DNA of 64,000 bases from contig NC_067400.1 of assembly GCF_016432865.1 (NCBI RefSeq), positions 620,001-684,000 on the forward strand, written 5' to 3'. This document shows, one piece after another, positions 22,401 through 34,043 of this stretch. The notes below the pieces were generated by a model. It had not been told where the DNA came from, ran no database searches, and saw nothing but the letters and a program-made list of their open reading frames with translations. Numbering within the stretch: position 1 is the stretch's first letter; every line of letters starts with the position of its first letter. Both the position numbers and the translations under genes were made by a program. The DNA comes from Antechinus flavipes. Taxonomy: Eukaryota.

Positions 22401-23591
22401 CAGGAATCTCTTCAGTTTTTCCCTCAAGCTTCATCTTTCTCATTCTCTGCCTGGGACACAGGCGACCACCCTTCGCTGGACAGCCTCGTCTCCGGGGATT
22501 TGCGAGCTGGGTTTCTTTTGTGGGCTCAGCGTCCATGGGGAGCAGACCCCAAGGTCCTCGCCTGGGTCCTCTGAGGCTGGGAGGCCCAGTGACTAGTCAG
22601 GAAGACCCATACTTATTAGTTGGGGGGCTGGGAACCCAACCTCGCTGGTCTCAGTTCTCAACACCTACTTCACAGCTTTTAATGAAGTCCAAACCGATGT
22701 AAGCTGCTCTGCGAGCCTTCAGGCAACACAACACCAAGGCCACTAATGCTCTCCCATCTCTATGCGGAGGAGTCCCGGCCCCTCTATCCGGGGCCCCCCG
22801 GGCGTCTAAGCTAGGTTATCTTTCCTCCAGTCCCCCAGGCTCACACCCAGGAACCCCCTGGGCCCCTCCCCCTCGCACCCCAACCTGCCCAACAGGTGCC
22901 AGTCAATTTCACCTGGCGGTGAATGCACCTCTGCTGCAGCTCTGGTCAGTTTCACGAGAACGTCTGTTTAATTTCACCTCCGCGCCATCTCTCCAACAGC
23001 CCCCTCCTCTCCCTGGCCCTGGTCACTGCAGGAACTGCTGGGGGTCCTCCTGCTTCAAGTCTCCCCGCTCCAATCCATCCTAGAATCACTGGAGCGGTAT
23101 TCCTAAGGAGCAGGTTCCCCCCATCCCAACCCCGATAAACTCCAGCGGCTCCCTATGGCTTCCGAAATCTACCACAAAAAAGCTGTTCGCCATTCGAAGC
23201 CCTTCATAACGGGTCGTTTCCCCCCCCCCGCTGCTTCCAACCGGCCCAGGCAAGTCTCAGAGTTCTCACTGAGCACGCGCACTCTCCTCCTCAAGTCTCG
23301 CTTCGCGAGCGCGCATCTCCCCTTTCCTCCGCCCTCCAGCCAGCAGGGGGCGCTCGATCGCTCGCACCGGCCCCGGGCCTTACCAATGAGCACGGCGCAC
23401 TCGACGCTTCGCAGGCGGGCCAGCAGCGGCCCGCGCGCCGTGAAGATGGGCAGACTCCGACGCTGACGCTCCAGGGCCTCGGCTCCCAGTGGCGGCCGGC
23501 GGCCCCCGGGCAGCATAGCGCCGCGGCTCCCGGGGAACCCGGGGCCGGCCCGGAAGCGCTTGGCCGGAGGAGGGCCGTGCTCCTCCGGCAT
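16136..23591 (-). CDS. DHX33: DEAH-box RNA helicase DHX33, whole model complement join(23384-23591,20977-21137,20511-20738,20266-20436,19933-20118,19520-19631,19146-19305,18948-19036,18726-18856,18408-18611,17937-18023,16136-16444) = 2046 nt, 681 aa
   Basis: Intact motifs [35 protein letters not shown]2 region and OB-like C-terminus; N-terminus MPEE..PPAKRFR; all introns GT-AG; AATAAA (-) 16018-16023. Confidence 0.96.
17937..18023 (-). CDS. DHX33: DHX33 exon 11
   Basis: [17 protein letters not shown]; 87 nt. Confidence 0.95.
18408..18611 (-). CDS. DHX33: DHX33 exon 10
   Basis: [24 protein letters not shown]; 204 nt. Confidence 0.95.
18726..18856 (-). CDS. DHX33: DHX33 exon 9
   Basis: [24 protein letters not shown]; 131 nt. 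Confidence 0.95.
18948..19036 (-). CDS. DHX33: DHX33 exon 8
   Basis: [20 protein letters not shown]; 89 nt. Confidence 0.95.
19146..19305 (-). CDS. DHX33: DHX33 exon 7 (motif VI)
   Basis: [19 protein letters not shown]; 160 nt. Confidence 0.95.
19520..19631 (-). CDS. DHX33: DHX33 exon 6
   Basis: [18 protein letters not shown]; 112 nt. Confidence 0.95.
19933..20118 (-). CDS. DHX33: DHX33 exon 5
   Basis: [25 protein letters not shown]; 186 nt. Confidence 0.95.
20266..20436 (-). CDS. DHX33: DHX33 exon 4 (SAT)
   Basis: [13 protein letters not shown]; 171 nt. Confidence 0.95.
20511..20738 (-). CDS. DHX33: DHX33 exon 3 (DEAH)
   Basis: [17 protein letters not shown]; 228 nt. Confidence 0.95.
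20977..21137 (-). CDS. DHX33: DHX33 exon 2 (Walker A)
   Basis: [22 protein letters not shown]; 161 nt. Confidence 0.95.
21496..21703 (+). mobile_element. MAR1-type SINE in DHX33 intron 1
   Basis: gagttcaaatctggcctcag..cctcaatttcctc..aaatgagctagagaagg..ccagtatctttgccaagaaaac..gggtcacgaagagtc. Confidence 0.85.
22030..22530 (+). mobile_element. L2 LINE RT-region relic in DHX33 intron 1
   Basis: ctggaaaaaagc..cccttggcaatctggc..gaccaccct blocks typical of L2. Confidence 0.55.
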
Positions 23592-24560
23592 CGCTGGGGA
23601 GCAGCGCGCGGGGAGGTGGCGCGCGTCTGCGCACGAGGGCTGGTTCCCGAAATGCTCCTGGGCAAGAGAACCCGGGGAGGCGGGGGCGGGGCGATGAGCT
23701 CTAGGTGCGGCGGCTGCGGGAGGAAAGAGGAGCGCGATGCTTGCTGGGATTTGTAGTCCTGGGATTTTCGCGCAGCGGCGGGCTCCAGCTCTCCCTCCCG
23801 CGGGGGTCACCTCGAACCCTGGCCAGCGACAGCTGGGCGGGACCATTACCCAGCCCGGACCGTGCCTCGGCTAGGGAGCAGCACCACGTGGCGTCCCGAA
23901 AGGGTGTGTCCAAGGATTCCCCCACGTTAAGCGCCTGGGCACCTTACGCGGAGCTTTCCTGTGCTCTCATTTGAGCCTGGGCCCTGTTAGACTCACTTCA
24001 CAGCTGGGGAACCGTCTGAGGGACTGTTTCTCTCCCCCTCCCCTCCCCCCCAACAAAAACAAAACTAGTCCGGACAAGAGCGAGAATTTCAGCAGGTCTA
24101 GGAAGGGAGGGGGTGGCGGTGAGTGGGAAAGGCTTTGAATGTCCGGCGGAGGGCTCGGATTTGGTCCTGGAGGCGGGAGGTGACGTGGTTGGAACTAGCT
24201 TTAGGAAGGTCCCTTCGGAGGATGAACCGGGGAGGGGCCGGGGAGACCCCCCGCACTACTGCAGTAGTCCAGGCATAAGGGAGCGAGGTCTTGGCTGGGG
24301 CCGGCCCGAGGGTCCCCGTGCCCGTGGCCGGGAGAAGGGGAGAAGAGGGCATGCTGAGAAAGGGCCAAGGGGACCGCGGCAGGTGTTTTATTTTGGGGTC
24401 CGACCTGCGAGGGAACAGGAGAACGGGAGGCCCGGGAGTCTCACCCAGCGGAGAAAATAGCTCAGTCCCGGAGTGCGGAGCTCCCGGCGCGGGAGACGCG
24501 CTAGAAGTGCCGGGCAGGGGTGGGAGGCCGCAATGGAGACCGCCTGGTTGGGAGTTACAG
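23150..24560. promoter_or_regulatory. CpG island / DHX33 promoter
   Basis: CpG-dense around exon 1 and upstream; GC boxes near 23680. Confidence 0.7.
23384..23591 (-). CDS. DHX33: DHX33 exon 1
   Basis: [14 protein letters not shown]...QRRSLPIF...AVLI; donor G|GTAAGG. Confidence 0.92.
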
Positions 24561-26654
24561 GGCAGTTTGGAGAAGTGAAAGACCGGGCAGAGGAGGGAAT
24601 CTCCAGGGGCAGCGGTGGGTGAAGGACCAGGGAGCCGGCCTCCCTGCAGGAGAGTGGCCCCTCCGGGGCCGAGGGGGCGATGGGGATCCCTTCTCCCCTC
24701 CGCTGGGGCCCTGGCATTCCCTCTGGCAGGCCGGAGCCAAATGGCCAGTTCAGAGGGCCGGGGCTTCTGCTCTTCCCCAGCGCCCACAAGGCAGCTCTTG
24801 GGAGGTTTGGTGGGCTGCCCGGCCAGAGGTGAAGGCTGACCAGATGCCTCCTCAGCCGTGCCCCCAGGGGCACAGTGCCTGGGCCTCGGGACCCTCCTCG
24901 CCCTTCAGTTATGGATCCGTACGCCTTTGTTCAGGGCCGTGCGACCCAGCTGCAGCGGCCAGGAAAGGGGACCCGCACCCTCCATCAAACACTGTCAGAG
25001 CAGCGGGCTGCAGCCTAAGCCTGAGGTGGGGAGAAGCGCTGCCCAGAGAGTGGAGGGAGGAGGGGGCGCCACAGACCACCCCAGATCCACTGGGGGTCCC
25101 ATCTGCCCCAAAGCGGAGGCAGCTCCCCAAAGGGGCCCCCTTGACCCGGAGCCCACCTGGCCCAGGCCGGAAGCCCTCGTGGCGCCCCCCTCCCAAGCCT
25201 CCCTCTCGGGACTCCTGTGGCCGGCCTCTCCCCAGGCTAGATGGCAAACTCTGGGAGGGTGGGGGCTGCCTTTCCCTGGGTTGAGTCCTGTCTGAGCGCG
25301 CCAAGCAGAGGGAGTACTTAATAAAGGCTTGTGGACTGACCAGTAATCATCGAATGCTCTAGATAAAAAAATAAAAAAGGAATAAACGCTCCAAAGAACG
25401 CCTGGACAGCCCATGGTTTCTGTGCGCTGGTGCAGCCGCTGCAGCTCGGGGCTAGTGGCCAACCTGGCCCTCATTGGGAGGCCGAGGGCTCCTCCAACAG
25501 GGAACGTTCTCTCCCCTCTTCGTCCTCTTCGGGGCGGGACCTGAGATCTTGGCTCCTAAGGGGATCTTGGGGTCTCCTGCCCCTGCCCCCATGCTTCCCT
25601 TAGAGGAGACAGCCCCCATCTGTTCCCTGGGAGCGTCCCCAGAGGGCACCACGGAAGGCTGTGGCATTTGCGGAGGCGGAAGGGCACATGGCGGCCCAGC
25701 CACACTCACCACAGAAATGGCGCAGGACCGCCAGCCCCTCCCACTGGTCCTCACGAAGTCACAGGCTGGAGAGCGGGGCGGGGGGCGCTGTGGGTCACAT
25801 CCAGACAAGGGGCCCCTGTGAGCTCGCTTACAACAGTCAGCCGGCGGAGACAATCGGCTCAAAACAAAGGCATTTACTAAAATGACCGAGGGAGCACTGG
25901 AGTGTCAGTGGGAAGAACGGCACAAAAGTCAGGCAGGAGGGGAGCCCGGGGCCGAGCACCACAAGACCCTCCTCCTGCCGGCGACCTCCCGCTGCCCCGC
26001 TCCCCTTCCCAAGTGCCGCCCACCTGCTGAGTGGGTCCCTTGGCGGATGCACCCTTCTCATTCAGTCCCCTTGGCTTCCTCCTTGCCATGACTCCACGCG
26101 CACCCAAAGTGTGGCGCGTCCTCCTGGGCGAGCCGTTTGTCTGAGATGACTGACAGCGGGGAGAAGCCAGAAATCTAGCCCATCATGACTGTCCTGTGGC
26201 AGAGGAGCAGGGAGGGGTCACACTAAAGGGGGTCCTCAGCTCAAATTCTCTGCAAGGGCCAGAGGAGGGGACTCTGTCCAGCCAATGGCCAGCCCTTCCA
26301 TCCGGCTGTGGAGGGATGGCCTGGGGGAGACTCTGCAAAACCGCTGCCACCGGGTCTGTTCCTTCCCCTTCTGGGGTCTGGTCTCCTGAGGTCAGCTCTC
26401 TGATGCTCTTTTTGCCCCAGGACCTGGGCTGAAGCTCAACAAGCTCAGTTCCGGTGGCTCCCTATTGCCTGCAGGAGCAAATACAAAATGCTATTTCGTT
26501 TTCAAAGCCCTTCATGGGCATCCTAACCCTCCATCCCGCGCCCCCCGCCTCCTGTCTGGGCCACAGCTCTGGCCATTCTCTGGCTACCCAGCCCTGCTGG
26601 GAGCCCCAGCCAAGACCCCACTTCCTCCTTTTGTTACTTCCTGCTTATCCTGTA

Positions 26655-26730
26655 CATTCTCCCCCCTTGGTCTGTGAGCTCCTGGAGGGCAGTGACTGTA
26701 GTCCCAGGGCCTGGCACTTACTGACCGGGT
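26655..26730 (+). mobile_element. L2 3' end fragment
   Basis: ctgtgagctcctggagggcag..ccagggcctggcac. Confidence 0.6.
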
Positions 26731-29700
26731 AAACTGAGGCAGCCCTCCCCTCAGGCCTCTGTGCCAGGGCGTTTCCACAAGCGTTCCTCTGCTTCTCTGT
26801 CCGCGGTTCGCAGCAGCCTCTGCTCCCCCAACTGCTACCACTTTTACTTTTGTTGGGGGTCTCCCTTGGGCCCGCCCCCCGATTCCTGGCTCATCTCCCT
26901 TGAGCACACCTTTTTAATCTGCGCTAAGGATGTCTTCTCCCCGCCCCAGCAGCTCTCTGCCCCCACTTTAATCACCAACAGAGTCTTATTCCGACTCTGA
27001 TATCAGATTTACCAGGGCTCAGACTTGGGCTGTTTGCGAACAGCTTCTGGGCTTCTGGGAAAGTGAGCCGTGACACTTGCTCTCCTGGCCCCGTCACCCG
27101 TCCCTGCGGGCCCCAAGCAGCGGGTCTCCTTGCCCAGCTTCTCGCTTTGCATCTGCTCCGCTTACAGCCCTTTGCAAAGGGAGGCATCCTTACCAGTCCG
27201 GTGCGTCCCGTCCCTGGCCGGCGCCTCCGGGCTCCATCTTTGACTTGCTGTTCACCCCCATAGCCCTGGGAGAAGCTGTGGAGAGGTCAGAGAAGGGGGG
27301 CTGAAACCGGCCGTCAGAGGAAGCTGCGGGAGACCAGGGGCCGGTCCCCGCCCAGGACGGGGTCGTACAGGGAGCAGGCAGGGAGACAAGGCGGAACGCG
27401 ACGGGTCATTCCCAGGACTTGAGCAGTGAGGGGGAGACAGCGGCGGGTCACGGCGTGAGGAGTCGGAGGCAAGACCCGGGTGTACTGGAAGGCGGAGGGA
27501 AGGGACGATGGACGGGGCGCGCTCTTGGGGAAGACTAGAAGGGAGGGGCTGGCTGGGGCGGGGGCCGCTGGTGCTGAGAGGAAGGGGGCAGAGGCTCCTA
27601 GTGGCCGACCTCCATTTGTCATATGGTGGGAGAAGCGGGGGTTGAGGAGCGAATTCACGCTGGGCCAAGCTGTGAAAAGTGCAAGTGAGGAGGCCGGGGA
27701 AGGTTCTGGCAGGAACCTGGGAGGGCATGGGTCGGGGGGGCATTTCTATGGACATGGCCACGCCCAGGACACAAATACAAAAGTGAGCCCCCACGTAGCG
27801 AGGACGCGCCAGCCCCAGGCCCAGTTCTGCCCGGGAGGCTGCCCGCCTGGAAATAGCCAAGAAGGAACACCAGGCACACTTGGAGCAGGACCAGGGGGCC
27901 TTGGCAGACAGACAGAAGCAGAGAGGGGCAGGGCCCCCTGGTTGGCATTGGGTGTCAGGCTTGTGGCAGGCTCGGCCTTCCCCCAAGGCTCCATGCCAGC
28001 TCAGAGCTGATTCTTGGGTGCCCTGGCAGAGGAGAGAATGTTCCAGGCTGCGTGGGGAGGGGGCATCTCGGGGCCGTGCTTTTCACCAGGCTTCTGCTTG
28101 GCATCTTCCTCCAGCGCCTCCTCGGGACATGGGCAGGGGCCCCCAGGGCCCGCCAACAAGGATTCCTCTGGCGGCTTCCCCGGGACCGTCTGGTCAGTGA
28201 CCAGCGAGCGGACAAAGCTGCCCACCCCTGGGGAGACGGGAAGGAGCCGACGCGCAGGACCGGCTGCAGCCACCGAGGATCGCTAGCGACAGGGGCCGTG
28301 GTCGCCGCTGGGGCAGCGCACCCGGGACTTGGGGCAAAGGGCCACGTGCGGAGCCGGGAGCCCACGTCCCAGGAGGGCCAGTCCAGTGGCCATGACCAAG
28401 CCTCGGGCGGCCCATCCTACAGAAAAGATGCTCAGCGCGTGCCTTTGGGCCCAGAGGCAGACCCCGGGGAACTGGGTCTCAGCTGCCAGGACATCTGTTC
28501 GTGCTTCCCCAAAATAAATCCTTCAGGTACGAAGGGTTTCCCGCTGAAGGCCGGACCATGAGACTGTGAGAACAGCTGAATGGGGGGCTGCTGAGCTGAA
28601 CTGTGGTCCGGCCGGATGGGGTGGGGGCTCCCCATGGAGCACTTCTGGAAGGACAAGAAGGCCCGGTCACTGCAATCTCCCAGGAAGCCCAGTGGGTCCC
28701 GTAGGGGGTCAGCGAGGCCATCGGACGGCCCTGTCCAGGAGAGACTTCAGAACTGGCCACAATGGCCTTCCAGAACCTTGCAGGTCCAATCGTGACCTTG
28801 AGAATGGAACCAAGTGAGGGGAAGAAGAGTGGGTCCCAGGGCGGCGCAGGGCTCGGTGTCCAGTTCCAGAGCTCGGCCAGCTCTGCCCAGCGGAGACGCA
28901 GTAGGAAACGGGATGGCCGAGGACCCGGCCACTGCCGGCCACTAATGAAGAGCCCGTGCTAAGTGCCAGGGACACAGAAGAAAAAACCGTGACCCAAAGC
29001 TTCGCTGCCATATTGTGGGGACACTGCCATCTCAGCAGGGGTCCCGAGTCAGGGGGCAGCGGGTTCCCTCCTACCAGCGCAGAAAGACCGCTGGGAACCC
29101 GACTGTGGCTTACGCGCCAAGAACCAACATTAAATCTCGCCGCTTCCCAAAACGAAAAGCCAACGAGAGAACGTTAAACAACGGCCTGAATTAGCCATGG
29201 GGGCGAAACGCTTGTGAGGACCCAGGAAGGACGTTCACAGCCTCCCACCCGCATCGTCGGGCGCTTGGCCGACGAGGGACTCGGCAGAGGGCACGGCCCC
29301 CGGAAACAATGTCCTCCAAAGGCTACGCACCTGTGCTCTTTCCCGGGCCATGCAGGATGTTCCCTGCCCTTGGGGTGTGGGGGGGGGGAGACCCTTGCAG
29401 CCCAGATGCGCCTCCTCCCTGCGCCCACAGGCAAGGAGGCAGAAAAGTGCCCAAGGCCAGTGAACTGGACCCCTAGGCCCCTTTATGGCTTCACGGCGCC
29501 TCAGGCAGGCAGGGGACATCTCTGGGCCTCTTCCCAGAATCATTTTTAAATGCACAAAATAAAATACGGAGGGTTAATAACATGGAGATAGTTATTATAT
29601 ATCAAAAGAACTTTTCACAGATCTTGGACGATGAGCTGGGACAAAAATTAAAGCTGAAAAGATGGGGGACTGCCCACAAGTGTGGGGAAGGGAAAGGTTC

Positions 29701-32700
29701 CTGGAGTGACCCAGACAACTTGCAAGTCGGAGTCCTTTGTCATGTGAACGCTCCGAGTCTGGAGTTCCCTGACAACGGCTGTCACGGGCATGGACACCAG
29801 TCTGCGGCCCGGGGGGGGGAGAACACGGGTATCGCCACAGCACGTGGGAGGAGCGGGAGTCGGGGGCACGGGCGGGATGGACGTGGCCCAGAACCCTGAG
29901 GTTGGGAAAGCAGCAAGAGGGGGGATCTGACACCACCTAACAAAGGGAATGTTTCTGGGTCTCTTTAAAAACAAAACACGGGGTGGAGGAGATGGCAAAG
30001 ACAAAACGAAACTCTGGCAGGGACGGCGTCCACAGCAAGCACGAGAAAGGGGAGAAGCACCTCGGACAAAGGGCTCATCCCCACAAAAAGGAGCCCGGGA
30101 GCTGCTCTCCAAACCCAGTAGCCAAAAGCGATGGGCGATTTTCTAAAGGAAGATGATCTATGGACAGCCTGGAGAAGGAAGGCCCCAAAGCACTAACCAA
30201 AGAAATGGCCAAGTGAGGAACTTGGGTTTTCATCACAGCCCTGCGCGGCGCTGGGAGGGATGCGTGCCGGTCTGCCCGTGGTGGGGAACGATCTGGAAGG
30301 ACGCCAGGAGTGGCCGAAAGGTCTGTGAGTGACACGGGTCCCGTTGGGTACGCCAGGTCACAGACAGAAAAAAGCCCGACGCACCCAGACATTCGTTACT
30401 GAACCTTCCGTGGTAGCAAAGAGCTGCGAACTGAGCAGCCCCCCCCAACCCCGGGGGGATCAGCTACAGCGTCAAGGCTACGGCAAGCGTTATGCTGCAA
30501 GAAACACACAGGGACTCAGAGGCCTGCGATTTCCAGGACCCCAAGAAGCCGCCACCAGTGAGCAGAAGCGCCGCCCACGAGAGCAACGGCAGCGCTACCT
30601 GCGGAAAGGATGGACGAGCCCGCCTAACATCTCCTCCCTCACTGGCCTGGAGGAACGGGGAGCTGGGAGGGGGACGCTACACTCACAGAGGGAGGCTGGC
30701 GCGCGGCGGGGCAGGGTCGGCGTGCCTCCTGTTCAGGCTGACTGATTCCGCTTCATCTTCGGAGGCAGAAGGGGTAGATTTGGAAGGGAACGAGACCGTC
30801 TCAATGATCACAAAACAATTTGTAAAATCCCTTCCATCCTTCCTTCTCCCTCTCCCTTTCTCCTTCCTTCCTCCCTCCATTCTTTCCTTCCTTCCTGGTA
30901 GAAGGCTGCAAGTCTTTAAATTAACGCCGGATCCTGCCCACTTGTCAGACACGCACAGGACGGACGGGTATCCTGGGAAGCGTGGCTCTGAACCATCGCG
31001 AGCCACGCACTGGCACATGCCCCCAACGTGCTGGGCGGCTTCTGAGCCAACAGTGCCACGATGGAGAAGGGGACGGAAACCAAACACTTTAGTGATGAAG
31101 GAGCGCTGGGGACGTCCCAAGCCTTGGCGAGGGAGGGTGGCGGCTTTGCGGCAAACCAGAGTCGTTTCTACGCCGTTGAGAAAAGGTGGCGTGGCGCCCG
31201 AGACCCTTCCTGCAGCCAGAGGCTCAGCAGCCAGCCTCGCCTCCCCTAGGCCTCCTGGTGGGAAGGCCTGCAGACATGGAAACAGAGAAGAACAGACAGA
31301 GCGTGTCAGACAGACCAAGCCGCCCGCCCAGCCGCAGCCAACCACCCCGAGACGTCGGCGCTCGGGAAAGGCCTCGGGCCTCAAGGTGCTCAGGGCCTCG
31401 GCCTTCCGTCGGGGTCTGGCCCAGTGCGGGCAGGAGGCCTCACTGAGACGTGCTCTGGAAGAATGGGGTCCGAGGGGTAAGAAGCAGGAGTCCCAGGGCT
31501 CTCGGTGAGCCATGGGCAAGCAGAGGCAGAACGAAGACCAGCTCCTGGGCTCGAGAAGCTTGGCTGCTGTCCCTCCTAGGCAGCAAAAGACTGGGGAGGA
31601 TGGGGGGCACCCAGGGCAATGGTGCTGAGGAGGGGGTCCTTCCCTGGCAGCAGACCCCGTCCCCCCAATCAGGTGAGATGAGGGGCAAGACGAGCCCTTT
31701 ACAGGCTCTGGAAGGAAAAGGAAGACCCTCGGTCCCAAAGGTGAAAACCGCCCTGAAGAATCCAAGTTCAAGCCCAGGACCCGCACCTGTCTGCAAGCTA
31801 AGGACAAAGGCCAGTGCTGAGAAATGTGGGGCCACAGGCGGCACAATCCCAGCTTCTCCCATAAAAGGCCAATGAGTCCCCAGGAGCCAGAGCCCAGGCC
31901 CGGGGACAGACACGGAGACAAGATTCTAGTGAGCGAGGCCTGAAGCCGGCAGCCTCCATGGAGAGACTTGGGGAGCTTAGCAAACCTACGAGGCGGGGAG
32001 GGAGCTAACCAAGTCAGGGTCCAGGGAGTGTCCTTTGAGGCAATCTTGCAGAATGCTCTTTAATATAGATAAAGGAAACCCCATCTCCCCAATCAGGTGA
32101 GGAGATGAGGGGTAAGACGAGCCCTTTACAGACTCTGGAAGGGAAGATCCCTGGCCCAAAACCCCATCACCAATATCAACAGAGTCAGGGACTCGGCCGT
32201 GTGACTGCTACAGAGCTAGCCTGGGTCAGGGTGGGGGGATCAAGCCCACCAGACCACCAGGTGCATGGCCCCAGATTCCAAGGTCAGCGGGGGACCGGTT
32301 GAATACAACGGATTCCATCTCTCCACAACCCAAGTTTTTTTTGGCCTGCATTTAATCTGTCCCTGGAGACGGGAAGAAATCCTTCATTTCAGTAAAACCC
32401 AGATGCCCCCTTGACTTTACGTGGAGGCAGCGAGGGTCCGGGTCTCTAAATGTGGAAGTGGCGCCGAGAAGCTGTCCCGAAGACTCGAGCCTTCTCCCTT
32501 TGTCCCCCCTTTTCCCCAGCAGCTACAATTACACGAGCACGCTGGGGCCCTGTTCTCCCAGTTCCAAATCCAGTCCGAAGTGGAGGAAGTGAATACTGAG
32601 AACCATCTGTCAGATTCACCCGTTTCAAGCCTCGGCCCAATTTCTAAGGAGTTACAGACTGGAACATAAGCAGGAAATGTCAGGAAAGCACAGAAACGTT

Positions 32701-33937
32701 CAGGACGGGCCACAGCCGTCACCGGCCCAGTCATCGGTCTCCCAACACTCCCAAGGTCAATGAGGGGAGGGGAGGGCATCTCTCTAGGCGATTTCCCAGG
32801 TATCGAGAGAAATGTCATCTATTGTTCCTGAGGTGGACATTAGTCCTCTCCAGGCCGTCTGGAAAAGTCGTGGAACCCACGACTGCCCGAGTGCATGGCA
32901 AACATGGAAGCTGCCCCTGCCACTAGTCTGCCGCTCCCCGGGAGACCTACACCCCTGCAGAGTAACTCAGGGAACACCGGTGGGTTCTAGAGCCTCCGCC
33001 ACGCTCCTATGGGGAATGGCAGGTGCCAAAAGACGCAGCCGGTTGCGGCCCCCAGGTCTGGGCCTCCGAGCAAGAGCTTCCAAAGGCCCTGGAAGCTACA
33101 GGCTGGCGCCTGACCCAGAGAGACATCAAAGGGTCCATGGGCACGTGGGAGACGCCACTTCCAGCGATGTCATGGAGGCACAAGGGGTGGGGGGGACAGA
33201 GACACGAAGGGGTCTCTCAAGGGGACAGTCTTCTCAGAAGTGAACTTACCCAGAAAGACCTGAGGGAGAAGAGAAGGGGTCCTTGGAAGCGCACTCCCAC
33301 AGGGGATGCGGACCGTGGAGGAGCGAAGACAGAGGAGGAGAAGTCAGGCAGGACCAGGGAGGAGAGAGGCTAGCCAGCACTGCCGCGAAGGCCCGTGAGG
33401 GGGGCCCGGCCCCTCTTCCCCCCCGAGCCAAGCTCTCCACTGGGCAGCGGGGCTGAGCTCCAGACGGTCCACCACAGCCGGCTCGGGGGAGCACTGCTAC
33501 GCGCACTCCACCCTAAAAGACCACACACAGAGGCTGGAGTCCAGGGAGAGAGAATGAATTCAGTTTTATTGGGGTCCTCTCAGAACCGTCCACGCACGGC
33601 GGCTCTCCCACCAAGAAGCGCGAGGGGAGAGAGTTCGGCCTCCTCCTGCGCATTAGCGGGTACGGGGTCCGGAGCCGGCCACGCGTGGCTCCTCCGAGGC
33701 TCTGGCTCCACGGGTGACGCTTTCAGGACCAGTGTAAACAGAGTGGAGGGACACAGGCGGCCACTGGAGAGGTCTCCTGGGTGGGCCACAGACAGGGCGC
33801 CGCATAAAGTGCTTCTGGACTTAAAACTGGGGGCCGCCAAGAGTGTCCGCACGTCCGAAACACAGAGTGAAAGCATCCCCAGGAGATCTCCGTGGAGTCC
33901 TTCCTGCCCAGGGGATCTCGCACTCGACGCCGTCTTC

Positions 33938-34043
33938 CTAGCCTCCGAGGCGCTGCCCTTCGCCCCAGGCGAAGCCTCCCGGCCGCTCCTCGGGTAAGGG
34001 GTTGTAGTTCGGATCCTCATCCGGCGTATCAAAAATTGCCTTC
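33938..34043 (-). CDS. DERL2: DERL2 exon 7 coding part
   Basis: [34 protein letters not shown]; TAG 33940-33938. Confidence 0.95.

Noticed and set aside
31192-31201. TGGCGCCCGA resembling a tRNA-Lys primer-binding site
   Set aside because: Match stops after 10 nt; no LTR upstream or gag-like frame downstream.
30492-31921. Overlapping 338-aa (+) and 412-aa (-) ORFs
   Set aside because: Stop-poor GC-rich DNA, low-complexity composition, no domain or homology recognised, no convincing splice pairs.
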